Assembly (NCBI GenBank): GCA_951406725.2
Contig: OX597828.1
Span: 26,412,001 to 26,476,000, forward strand
DNA: 64,000 nucleotides
Origin: Octopus vulgaris
Taxonomy: Eukaryota
Direction: 5' to 3'
The position numbers were made by a program, and so were the translations under genes. Shown one piece after another: positions 53,472 through 64,000 of the stretch; the first letter of the stretch is position 1, and the number at the start of each line of letters is the position of its first letter. The notes under the pieces are model-generated. The model saw nothing but the letters and a program-made list of their open reading frames with translations, did not search any database and was not told where the DNA came from.

Positions 53472-54100
53472 TTGATAAAAACTCACAGCTTATTTTGCTG
53501 GGTTTGATGGAAAGTGTCAGCTGCCTGCAGCCAGCAGACTAAGGTGACACTTGTTTACTTGTCATGCTTCAAGAACCCTGCAAAGAATTCTTGCAGTCCC
53601 AAGCAATGCTGATTTTTGTAGGTGTTCTACCTCCACGCTTGCACTGATCTTTTTCAACCATATTGGTAGTTAAGTGTTGATATTTCCAAGTGCACCAACA
53701 ACTACTGGTATCACGCCTGCTCTCTTCATTGACCACAACCTTTGTATTTCCCACTTCAAATCGTTACAGTTGGTTATTTTTTCTTCTTCTTTCACATTGA
53801 TCCTGTTGTCACCGGGGCATACTCTGTTGATTATCATACATGTTCTTTCTTTTTCATTCACCACAACAATATCCAGTTTCCGATGTCTGTTCAGGTGATC
53901 GCACTGGATCACTACATCCCACAGGATCTTGCAGTTTTCATTTTTGGTGACTCCTTCTGGGGTTTGGTCATATCATGTCTTTGCTCTTTCTAGGCCATGA
54001 TTTCCACAGAGCTCCCAATGGATCATTCTTGCCACATTGTCATGGTATCGTTTGTATTTGCGTTGTGCCAATTTTGGGCATTCACTAATGATGTGCCATT
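53472..54100 (-). mobile_element. R4/Dong-clade non-LTR retrotransposon 3' fragment (zinc-knuckle end plus REL endonuclease), inactivated
   Basis: WHIISECPKLAQRKYKRYHDNVARMIHWELCG...*...KILWDVVIQCDHLNRHRKLDIVVV...VIPVVVGALG matches the R4/Dong HI..xC / RHD / WD / RRPDIV / PVV.GALG signature; in-frame stop; flanked by (TAA)n, the known Dong target. Confidence 0.92.
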
Positions 54101-54174
54101 AGAGAATGCCCGAAATTATTATCATCATCATCATTATTATTATTATTATTATCATTATTATTATTATTATTATT

Positions 54175-54378
54175 AAGCAGTATTGTCAGCACACTGGATA
54201 AAAGAGCTAAGTCACATTTTTTTCATTTCTTCCAGCCGTGCATTTTGAGTTCAAATGCTATTGAGGTCAACACTGCCTTTCATCCTTCCAGGTTCAGTAA
54301 AATAAGAGCCAGTTGAGCACTGGGAGTGATGTAATCAAATTGCCCCTCCCCTTAAAAATACTGGCCTACAGAAGAAGG
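54175..54378 (+). mobile_element. Diverged family B SINE
   Basis: gagttcaaatgctattgaggtcaacactgcctttcatcctt. Confidence 0.78.
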
Positions 54379-54693
54379 TATTATTATTATTATAATTATT
54401 ATTATCATTAGTTGTTGATTTACTATTTATATGGTTTCTTGTAACCCCACATCATATTATATTGTACTGTATTGACCTTATGGCACACATTCTGTCAGTA
54501 AACCCTTAACGATTAATAAAAAAAATCATTATTAAAATCAACATCATCATCATCATCACTCTCATTATCTCTGTTATCAAAATGATCACAAGCGCCTGTT
54601 CTATGAAAAGGTAGAAGAGGATGCCCTGCAGCTGTTATCTCTAGCTTAAAAAGAAAAAAAATCTAATGAAAAAATGATGAAACGTGTTAGAGA

Positions 54694-54743
<50 letters not shown>

Positions 54744-55725
54744 ACACACACACATATATTCATATTTTGTTTAACTAATGAAAAATCCCCAAAATGAGTT
54801 TTTAAATGTAATTTAGAAATAACTACATTGAAATTAGGAATAAATATAAAGAAAGAGTTAAAAAAAAAAGAGAAAAAAAAAAGGAAAAGGATATCCATTG
54901 ACAAATCAGAATCAATTGACAACAATTATTGTTATTATTTCAATTGTCATTTGGCAATTGACAGTCAAGTTCTACAGACCATACTGGTATAATTATAGGT
55001 AGAATGGTTGTCTTGGATTGGAAATGGCAATAAAATAACAAAGCTTTGGCAGATCAAAGGGAATATTAGAAAATTTGGAAAGTTTGCAAGGAATAATAGA
55101 GAGTTTATCTCTAAAGATACTAACTTTGCAATAAGTTTGGTTTACATAACACAGAATGGAGATTATGCAAATGTCTTGACATTAATGTATTCTGTCAGAT
55201 GGTTCTAATATTCCACCTTCCATTTGGTTTTAGACTAGAAAATTCTTTGATCTTTTACTGCCTAGTGTTTACTATGCAATATGGTTCTTCATAAATTCAC
55301 TATTGATGTGCGAGTTGAAATAATGTCAAAATTCTCGATATTCCATCCACAAAACTGAGATGAAAGCTTTCATAATTAAAACTTGAGAGACAAACCACAA
55401 AAATAATAATGTGCAGAGAGAGAGAGAGAGCGAGAGAGAGAGAGAGAGGAGGGAAAGAGGGAGGGAGAGAGAGTAAGAGAGAGAGGGAGAGGAGGGAAGA
55501 GGGGGAGGATCTTCTGTATCATTAGCACACAAGGTTATTGATAAGATTCAATAAACATTATTATTTATTTATAACTGTTTGAGGGGAAAAAAATTATATA
55601 TGTGTGTGTGCATGAAATATATATATATATATACACACAAACACACACACACACACACACACACATGAATATAATGAAGTCTTAGACTGATGCTGAAATA
55701 CGCACACACACATACATGTATGCAT

Positions 55726-55779
<54 letters not shown>

Positions 55780-55966
55780 TATATAGTCAAATGATTTATT
55801 AAAATATTTCATTTTTGAAAAATCATCAAAATAAGCCAGCAGCAAACTATTACATTGCCCATCAAGCAAGAAATGTTCAGATAAAATTCAAATAAAATTA
55901 CCAAACAACTTTACTAGTCAAGCAACTTTATAATAATAATAATAATAATAATAATAATTATTATTA

Positions 55967-56006
<40 letters not shown>

Positions 56007-56502
56007 GGTAAATAAAATGTGCAATTGTGAGCATCATGATTTGTATATACTAGTCAACAAAACAAAAGTATTTAACTTATGAACTGAAAGTTAGACAAGC
56101 TTATGAGATTCTCGACAATTTTCAGTCTAGCTGAAGCTTTGAATAACAAACTTCACACAAAGTTTTATGATTAAAAAAAAAAATGAATGAATAAGTTAAT
56201 AACTAAATAAAAATTATCCACTAATGCTTTGAATTTTATTTACCAAACCGAACGGCGAGTTTGCAGAGAGCAAGGCAAGGCAGGGTCCATAAATATATTG
56301 TAGTAGTATAAAAACGAGCATAAAATAACTTTAGTAACACTATGTTGATTATATGATGTTGGTTTGCTTGTGTACTGAGGAAACATAGGTTTAAATGGAG
56401 GTGAGATACAATCCATCAAAAGTGCCCAGCCAATGAGATGTGGTCATAGGATGATGTTGAAGTTGTTGCCGTTGAAGCAGTTCTGTAATCAAATGAATTC
56501 TA

Positions 56503-56660
56503 CGACTGAGTGGTTAAGAAGCTTGCTTTGCAAATCATATGGTTCTGGGTTCAATCCCACTGTGTGACACCTTGGACAAGTGTCTTCTATTGTAGTTTTG
56601 GGCCAACTAAAGGCTTCTGAGTAGATTAGGTAGGGAGAAACTGTGTTGAAGCCTACGTGC
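56503..56660 (+). mobile_element. Diverged family A SINE 5' half
   Basis: gagtggttaagaagcttgc...gggttcaatcccactg...ccttggacaagtgtcttc. Confidence 0.8.
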
Positions 56661-56750
56661 AATGGAGTGTGTGTGTATGTTTCTGTGTGTGCATATATAT
56701 ATATATATATGTATATACATATGTGTGTGTGTGTGTGTGTGTATATATAT

Positions 56751-56959
56751 AGTGAGAATTTATGAAAAAACAAAAGACGAAGATGGGTGTGTAAACAACA
56801 AACAGATGTATTAGTTTAACGCTCAGGAAGTGAGAAAGTCTTTTATGTTTCGAGCCTACGCTCTTTGACAGAAAGGAACACAGAAATAAACAGGGAGAGA
56901 AAATAGAAACTAGAATTAGAAAATAGAAAAGGTTTAGAGGCTAGCGATCTATCATGGCA
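56751..56959 (-). mobile_element. Solo PLE terminal repeat (family D2) in (TA)n
   Basis: Reverse complement of 26604-26803; hammerhead-like motif at 56840-56875. Confidence 0.8.
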
Positions 56960-56982
56960 AATATATATACATATATATATGT

Positions 56983-57287
56983 TTAAAAGCACCATCCGTT
57001 TCGTGGCCGTTTGTCAGTTCTGTGTGGCCCCCGTGTTGGTGGCACGTAAAAGCACCATCCGTTCGTGGCCGTTTGCCAGCTCTGTCTGGCACCTGTGCGG
57101 GTGGCACGTAAAAAGCACCCACTACACTCACGGAGTGGTTGGCGTTAGGAAGGGCATCCAGCCGTAGAAACACTGCCAGATCTGACTGGGCCTGATGAAG
57201 CCTTCCAGCTTCACAGACCCCAGTTGACCCGTCCAACCCATGCTAGCATGGAAAACGGACGCTAAATGATGATGATGATGATGATGA
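56983..57287 (+). mobile_element. Young family C retroposon with an internal ~63-bp tandem unit
   Basis: aaaagcaccatccgtt(t)cgtggccgtttg x2, then the ggcatccagccgtagaaa body and an (ATG)n tail. Confidence 0.9.
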
Positions 57288-57537
57288 TATATATCTGCAG
57301 TCCGATGACTGATACAAGCAAAAAAGGAAATGGCAAAAGATGACCAACCCATTTTTTATTCAGACTCAGTATGTCAAAAATTACATCCTTCTTTTTTTTT
57401 TTTTTTTTTTAATGATGGGATGGTGTAATTTCTTTGAGAGAGGTTTGGCTTTTAAACCAATCATGTAGCAGGAGCTCTTTTGCTGGGCTGTGAGTCACTG
57501 ATGTTGTCTGGTCACATTTCAAGCTTGGTCAAGTTGA

Positions 57538-57770
57538 TGTCATCATCATCGTTATTTAAATTCAGTTTTCTATGCTGGCATGGCTTGGATGGTTTGACAG
57601 GAACTGGCAAAGCTGCAGAGCTGCACCAGTATCAATTGTCTGCTTTGCCATGCTTTCTACAGCTGGATGCTCTTACTGATGCCAACCCTAGGTGCTTTTT
57701 AAGTGTCGCTGGTGTTTTCGACATGGCACCAACACCAACAGGGTCACTAAGTATCTTGCAAAACAGATTT
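57538..57770 (-). mobile_element. Diverged family C copy, inverted relative to 56983-57287
   Basis: tttctatgctggcatggcttggatggtttgac...ctacagctggatgc. Confidence 0.8.
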
Positions 57771-57918
57771 TCTAGTTGCGATCATCCCGTCTTTTAAGAA
57801 TTACATTACCTAACATAACTTCTTCTTATTTAAGCTGGGAGAATGTGATTTAAAGGATATTTAGCTTCTTTTTGTAGCAGCTTTAGTGATCTTAGAAGAA
57901 AAGATTATCATTAATAAT

Positions 57919-58130
57919 AAGTTGGTGTCTTGGTAGAGTTGCTACTTCTTCGGACAAAATGCTTAGCAGCATTTTATTTATCTTGATGTTTTCGGTTCAA
58001 ATTCTGACAAGGTCAGCTTTGCCTTTCATTCTTTCAGGGGTTGATAAAATAAGTACCAGCTGATCACTGGGATCGATGTAATCAACACAACCCATCCCCC
58101 AAAATAGCAGCCCTTGTGGCAAAATTTGAA
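57919..58130 (+). mobile_element. Diverged family B SINE
   Basis: ctttgcctttcattctttcaggggttgataaaataagtaccag. Confidence 0.82.
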
Positions 58131-58132
58131 AC

Positions 58133-58277
58133 CATTATCATTATCCTTATTATCATTATTACTATTACCATTATTATCATCATTATTATTATCATCATCA
58201 TTATCATCATCATCATCATTATTATTATTATTATTATTACCATTATTATTATCATCATTATTATTATCATCATTATT

Positions 58278-58339
<62 letters not shown>

Positions 58340-58452
58340 TATTATTATTATTATCATTATTATTATTACCATTATTATTACCATTATTATTATCATCATT
58401 ATCATCATCATCATTATTATTATTATTATTATCATTATTGTTATTATTATTA
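58133..58452. repeat. Compound (ATT/ATC)n microsatellite
   Basis: Direct reading. Confidence 0.97.
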
Positions 58453-58918
58453 ATATACACAATTTTTAGCTGCTAATGAAACAAAATATTGGGTTTCGAA
58501 ATTAATGGATCTCAAATGCACCCAAGCTGTTATATACTCTGCTCTATGTTATCTAAAAGGCTCCATCCCAAAGTGATCACAATAAGGAATTTGAATTGTA
58601 CGTACTTGCATGTGTGTGTGTGTGAGTGTAAATATGCTGGCCTTGTCTATTGTTGAAATAATTATGCTAATAAACAAATTTTTAAAAAAAACTGGACGGT
58701 ATTGTTGTCTTGTATACTGCAGAAGCTGCTACTGCTGCTGCTGCTGCTGTTGTTGGTGTTACTGTTGTTGTTGTTGTTGTTCTGAAAACTGAACTCATCA
58801 ATGCAGTCTAGCATGCTAGTAGTAATATTTAGAACATGCTAATTAAACACCAGCCAGTAAATGAAGCATTAGTAGGAATCAGAGACTCAACAGATATTCA
58901 TGTATGCATAACATAGAG

Positions 58919-58955
<37 letters not shown>

Positions 58956-59042
58956 AGTGTTTGTGCATGTGTGTGTGTATGCAGATATTTTGGGGTGTAC
59001 AACCAAGAGAGAAAAGAGAGTACTCTATACTCAGACACACAT

Positions 59043-59093
<51 letters not shown>

Positions 59094-59121
59094 TGATAGA
59101 TAGACAGACAGACAGACAGAC

Positions 59122-59176
<55 letters not shown>

Positions 59177-59196
59177 GAGAGAGATAGATAGATAGA
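59043..59196. repeat. (GATA/GACA)n microsatellite
   Basis: Direct reading. Confidence 0.97.
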
Positions 59197-59257
59197 CACA
59201 TGTATAGTCCAACCCATACCAGCATGCAACAGAGGCATTAAATGCTGATACACACAG

Positions 59258-59296
<39 letters not shown>

Positions 59297-59362
59297 CTCC
59301 TTTCTCTCTCTATCTCGAATGCCGGTCAGATATGAAACTTTCAGAAGAAATAGTTGTTGCTG

Positions 59363-59427
59363 CTATAACCCATTCCTTTTAAACTCTTCAATGGAATTTT
59401 TACTGGGAGCTTTCCCCATTGCCCCTT
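59363..59427 (-). CDS. Candidate terminal exon (E)GAMGKAPSKNSIEEFKRNGL*
   Basis: Acceptor (ct)n-gccccaccattatag|; unique island enclosed by complementary CT and GA tracts. Confidence 0.35.
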
Positions 59428-60290
59428 CTATAATGGTGGGGCAGAGAGAGAGAGAGAGAGAGATAGAGAGAGAAAGAGAGAGACTGAATGAAGAAGAAAA
59501 AAAGAATGAGTAAAGCATGAAAGTATGATTCAACAAATTATTACTATTATTTTTTTTTTGTTTGTTTGTTTATTTGGTGCTTTTTCTCTTCCATAACTGA
59601 GAGGAAGAGAGAGAAGCAAACAGATGGAATGAAAGACAAAGACAGCGAGAAAGAGAGAGAGAGAAAATGTAACAGACAGAAGAGAGAAAGAAGAATGAAT
59701 GAATGAAAGAATAAAAGAATGACAGAAAGAAAGAATGACAGAATGAATGAATGAATGAATGAATGAATGAATGAATGAAGCTAACATGACAGAGAATATA
59801 GGTACTTTTTTGAGTAAGGCGATGTAGAAGTGGGGACAAAGATGGCATGGTGGTGGCGGCGGTGGTGGTGGTGGTGAAAAAAAAGGACGGGAGGTGGTGG
59901 TGTGTTGTATAGTGGAGATAATTTCAATTTTTGCTTTTTCTAGGTCACTTGGATGGCAGAGAGAGAAATCAATAAGCAAGATGGATACGTGCCAAACATC
60001 CTAACCAACACAAGTAAATTACAAACTCTGTTTTAACTAAGTGCAGAGGGGGGGGAAAAAAAAAAGATTGGGTTGTAGTTGTTTCCCCCCCCCCCCATCC
60101 ACCCCCACACATTTTTTTTTTCTATATGTATGTCTGTTTGTTTTCAGTTTTCCCTTTTTTTTTTTGTTTGTTTCCTCCCAAACAGCTACAAACACTAGAC
60201 ATAACTTATTTAACAAACCAGACAATGCTTATAAAGGGGTACTGGGGTAGATGGAAAATGGAAAGAAGTGCATGGGGTACTTCATGGATA

Positions 60291-60322
<32 letters not shown>

Positions 60323-60621
60323 TGGTGATGATGGTGATGATAATGGCAAAGACTATTGTTTACGCCACCCCCCCACTCACCAGTTCAGCCTTGAAAAGGC
60401 ATCCCAGCCATGACCATCCCACCATTTTCGTACATGCAGGGAAGAATTCAGGATTGCCCGGTGAATCCTTTCTTTAAGTCAGTTGTGGGGGTGCATGGTT
60501 GCTATTTCTAGCAAGTCAAGCGACCACTCAGAGGCTCCCTCAGCTTGTATGGCGATGATGACTGGAGACAGTGATGATAATGCTGATGAAGGTGATGAAA
60601 ATGATGGTGACGATGATGACA

Positions 60622-60653
<32 letters not shown>

Positions 60654-60715
60654 AACAAAGATGGTGATAATGATAACAATGATATTAATAATAGCAGTGA
60701 CAATGATTGTGGTTG

Positions 60716-60760
<45 letters not shown>

Positions 60761-61568
60761 CAGTGCCTGCCTGCCAACAGTTATGGCTAATGGATCGTAT
60801 CAAAGCATTAATAATATATTTCAAAATTAACAAAAGAAATAAAGGCGACGGGGAAGGGAGTATTAAAAAAAACCAAAAAAAAAAACCATACACATGAACT
60901 GGGATGAAACCCCCTTTTCATTTTATTTTATAAACCAAAAAGAAGCTTGAAATGATGAATATTTCTAAAGACATCCAACGGCACATATTACAATACAACA
61001 GTAACAACATCTATAATGAGAGAAGTAGAAGAATGCTATAAAATTGTGGAATAGAACGTATTTGGTTGCATTGATCTAAGCAAAAAACCAAAAAAAAAAA
61101 ATAGCAAAAACAAAAATGCCTGAAACAACCAGCAAAAAAAAACCAAAAAAAAAAACCAATTTTTTTTTAGCAAGATTAGTTATTCAACAATTCTATTTAA
61201 AAAAAAAAAGAATAACTAAAAAATATATATATATATATATACACAATAAAAAAGAAGAGCAGAAAACATAGAAGACAAAAGACTTTTATTGCGCTATATA
61301 AGGGAGGAGGCTTTGAAAAAATACTTTGACTTTTTCGTCACACAAAATCCACAAGGGCTTGGCAATTTAACAAAAATTCTTCAGATATTTAATTCAAGGA
61401 TCTTAAATGTGCATACTGATATACTTGTACTCCACCCTTCTCTTAAACTTGCAGACATGCCTGTACACACACATAGATACATACCTGCATGCACATACGT
61501 AACCATACACGGCATTATTGCACATGAAGTGCTTTATTTAAAATGCTCATAGAAAATCCTCCAGAGTT

Positions 61569-62041
61569 ATATGTCTGTTTAAAACAGTGTCTTGGAGTCC
61601 TCCATATCAAGTAAGAAGTTTATAAACATGACACTGAAGACCCAGATTTTTATATTCGTGTGTCTAATGCCAGCCAGTTCGGTTGGCGCACAAGCTATGT
61701 ACCAGTATTTCCAAAAGTTGAAGCCAGATATGTGTGTTTAAAACAGTGTCTTGGAGTCCTCCATATCAAGTATAAGTTATAAACATGACACTGAAGACCC
61801 AGATTTTTATATTCGTATGTCTAATGCCAGCCAGTTTGGTTGGCACACAAGCTATGTACCAGTATTTCCAAAAGTTGAAGCCAGATATGTCTGTTTAAAA
61901 CAGTGTCTTGGAGTCCTCTATATCAAGTATAAGTTATAAACATGACACTGAAGACCCAGATTTTTATATTCGTGTGTCTAATGCCAGCCAGTTCGGTTGG
62001 AGCACAAGTTATGTACCAGTATTTCCAAAAGTTGAAGCCAG
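61569..62041. repeat. Three tandem 157-159 bp units, probably an amplified decayed RTE fragment
   Basis: ttggagtcc recurs at 61592, 61751 and 61908; translation CLG/SSISS..DTE..IRVSNAS.FG loosely resembles the RTE YLGSxIS...RIxKAxxAFG block. Confidence 0.9.
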
Positions 62042-62148
62042 CACCGATATTTATAGGACAAACCTTGCCAACCTAATTCGAAGAAGACATTAAATGCTCA
62101 GAGAGAGAATTTAGTCATCATCATCATTTTAATATCTATTTTTCCACA

Positions 62149-62295
62149 CATTCTGAGTTCAAATTCCACTGAGGTTGACTTTGCCTTTCATCCTTTCAGG
62201 GTCGATAAATTAAGTACCAGTTGCATACTAGGGTTGATCTAATCGACTGGTCTTTTCCCCAAAAATTTCAGGCCTTGTGCCTAGAGTAGAAAAGA
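62149..62295 (+). mobile_element. Family B SINE, 5' truncated
   Basis: ttctgagttcaaattcc...tttcaggccttgtgcctagagtagaaaag. Confidence 0.87.
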
Positions 62296-63478
62296 ATATA
62301 TCTGCTTCTCCATGTTTGCATAAGTCAAACAAAATTTGTTGAAGCAGATTCTTTTTATGGCAGGCATTGGAGTGTATCCAGACATTCAGACAAACCCCAT
62401 TGTGACTGCAGCTCTATGAAAGTATAATTGATATCACAGACATTTTGCTTTCTGTTTCTTGCAAATCAGATAATTGCAGAAGAATTCAGTAAACCAAGAA
62501 AGCCCAGTTGAAGACTTGATTCCACCCATTCATTTACAGCAATGACTTGTGCCTACCCTTAAGAAACCTATTTATGGCTTGATTAGACAGAACAGTTTAT
62601 GCTAATTGTCTATAGGTATAAATATCATATCACAGTGCAAGTGATAGGGTTTGAACCGGTAACCTTTTAGACAGTTGTTCAACATCCTATTGATATGTCC
62701 CTTGGTACCTGCCAAAGGAAGTCAACCAAGGGCTTCTTTCAACTGAAAGTAGTCAACGTTCCTCTCTACTGCACAACAGAAAACCTGAAGGAGGTTGGAA
62801 ACATGGCAAACATGGAAAAGAAAAACTGTTTGCTGGAGGGGGGGGGGGTACTTCAGGATGGTGGTGGTGGTGGTGGTGGTGGTGGTTGAGAGCAAAGATT
62901 GATGGGTGCAGTGAAATGGCTGCAGCATTGCAACAAGGAGATGCGAAGTGACTGTAAAAACAGCAGTAACAACTACAACAACTGCAACAACAATGAAGAA
63001 GCACATAAATGGAAGAGCCATTTGCACATAGTTCATCTAGGACTAAAAGAAGGATTGGGAAGTTGCCAATCAGATATGGAGGCTTCCAGATGCAAGTTAG
63101 AACCTTGGTGATTGAAGAGTGATGCAGCACACCCTGTACACACACACACACACATACACACACACATACACACACACACACAGAGATATACTCTATAGTG
63201 GAAAGAATATGGACTTGGTAGATTGGTAAGAATCAAATGAGTTATCAGGACCGGAAATAATATGGAGAAAAATCATTAATGAAGTTAACAAAATAAATAA
63301 ATAAAGATAATGGAGCTTTGAGTGATGAGCTAATGGAATGTAGTTTGGAGAGTAAGCACAGAAGAGGTTGGGGGGGGTTACATTCAACCACCAGGGAATT
63401 GATTGATGAACAACTGCCAGTCTGGGGAGTTTAGCGATTAAGTTATTGTGATAAAGTCTGTCAAAGACTTAGTTGGTA

Positions 63479-63528
63479 TCAAAGACAACAATCTTGTCCT
63501 TCATTAATATTTAAAGCCACAAGTTGAA
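63479..63528 (-). CDS. Candidate terminal exon (I/V)QLVALNINEGQDCCL*
   Basis: Long pyrimidine tract then cacaag| acceptor; phase-compatible with the 63645 donor. Confidence 0.35.
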
Positions 63529-63644
63529 CTTGTGTGGGGGGGGGGGGAGAAAGGAAGAGAGAGAGAAATGGCAAGTGAGAAGAGAGAATGAGGTTTGCAA
63601 GTTCTTCTCCCAATTCTTAGCTCTCCTCATCCCTCTCTTCTCAC

Positions 63645-63722
63645 TTGCTGAGGTTTTGTGAGGAGGAAAAATAAGGGAGCTCTTATTTGACAACGAAGCG
63701 GACACTGAGAATATACAACTAT
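63645..63722 (-). CDS. Candidate 78-nt phase-1 exon (D)SCIFSVSASLSNKSSLIFPPHKTSA
   Basis: Acceptor ttattttgtcccttaacctctag| with a ttaac branch-like motif; donor CAA|gtgaga; open and symmetric in phase 1. Confidence 0.4.
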
Positions 63723-63850
63723 CTAGAGGTTAAGGGACAAAATAAGAAACAAGAAAACAAGTTCTTGAAGGTGATCCAGACAGCACCCTAACTATAGATA
63801 TTATTACAATAATCCTTTAAGCAGCTTACCACATTTCATGTGCCATTTAA

Positions 63851-64000
63851 CCCTTTTGACTGTAACCCACCTGAAACCACCTCTGCTTCTATAACACAAA
63901 CTTTTAAAGTGATCTAAATTATAACTTTTATGTTAATCAAAACTTTATGTCAATTTGTTGCAGACACCAGCTTAATACCGATAAAGTTACTTTACTAAAT
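63851..64000. mobile_element. Possible piggyBac-type MITE, left end
   Basis: TTAA-CCCTTT start; the other end is outside the window. Confidence 0.45.

Noticed and set aside
52950-54378. Family B SINE mobilised by the Dong/R4 element
   Set aside because: B ends in (ATT)n on its sense strand whereas the Dong copy ends in (AAT)n on its sense strand, and no shared 3' sequence is visible.

Overview
Eukaryotic, very AT-rich DNA saturated with microsatellites. The SINE families and microsatellite load point to an octopus (coleoid cephalopod) genome; this is inferred, not database-checked. No complete host gene is present, and nearly all ORFs in the supplied track are simple-repeat artefacts. Well-supported content: three abundant SINE-like families; LINE remnants (R4/Dong REL-endonuclease end, CR1 3' end, RTE fragments); a Neptune-type Penelope-like element (PLE) 3' end and related short elements with minimal hammerhead-ribozyme motifs; piggyBac-type and hAT-type MITEs; and several tandem or direct duplications. 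The A/GA/AC-rich plus strand suggests the window lies inside a minus-strand transcription unit. The most interesting signal is on that strand. Two paralogous exon-like cassettes 10.4 kb apart conserve their splice sites, reading frame and stop codon. A 78-nt exon/116-nt intron/terminal-exon module has its donor buried in a long hairpin. About 20 further unique-sequence islands start at plausible 3' splice sites and, entered in phase 1, encode short C-terminal peptides. Together these suggest an array of alternative last exons of an unidentified gene whose core lies beyond position 64000. That is a hypothesis needing RNA-seq. A CpG-retaining island at 27-28.9 kb may be an internal promoter.
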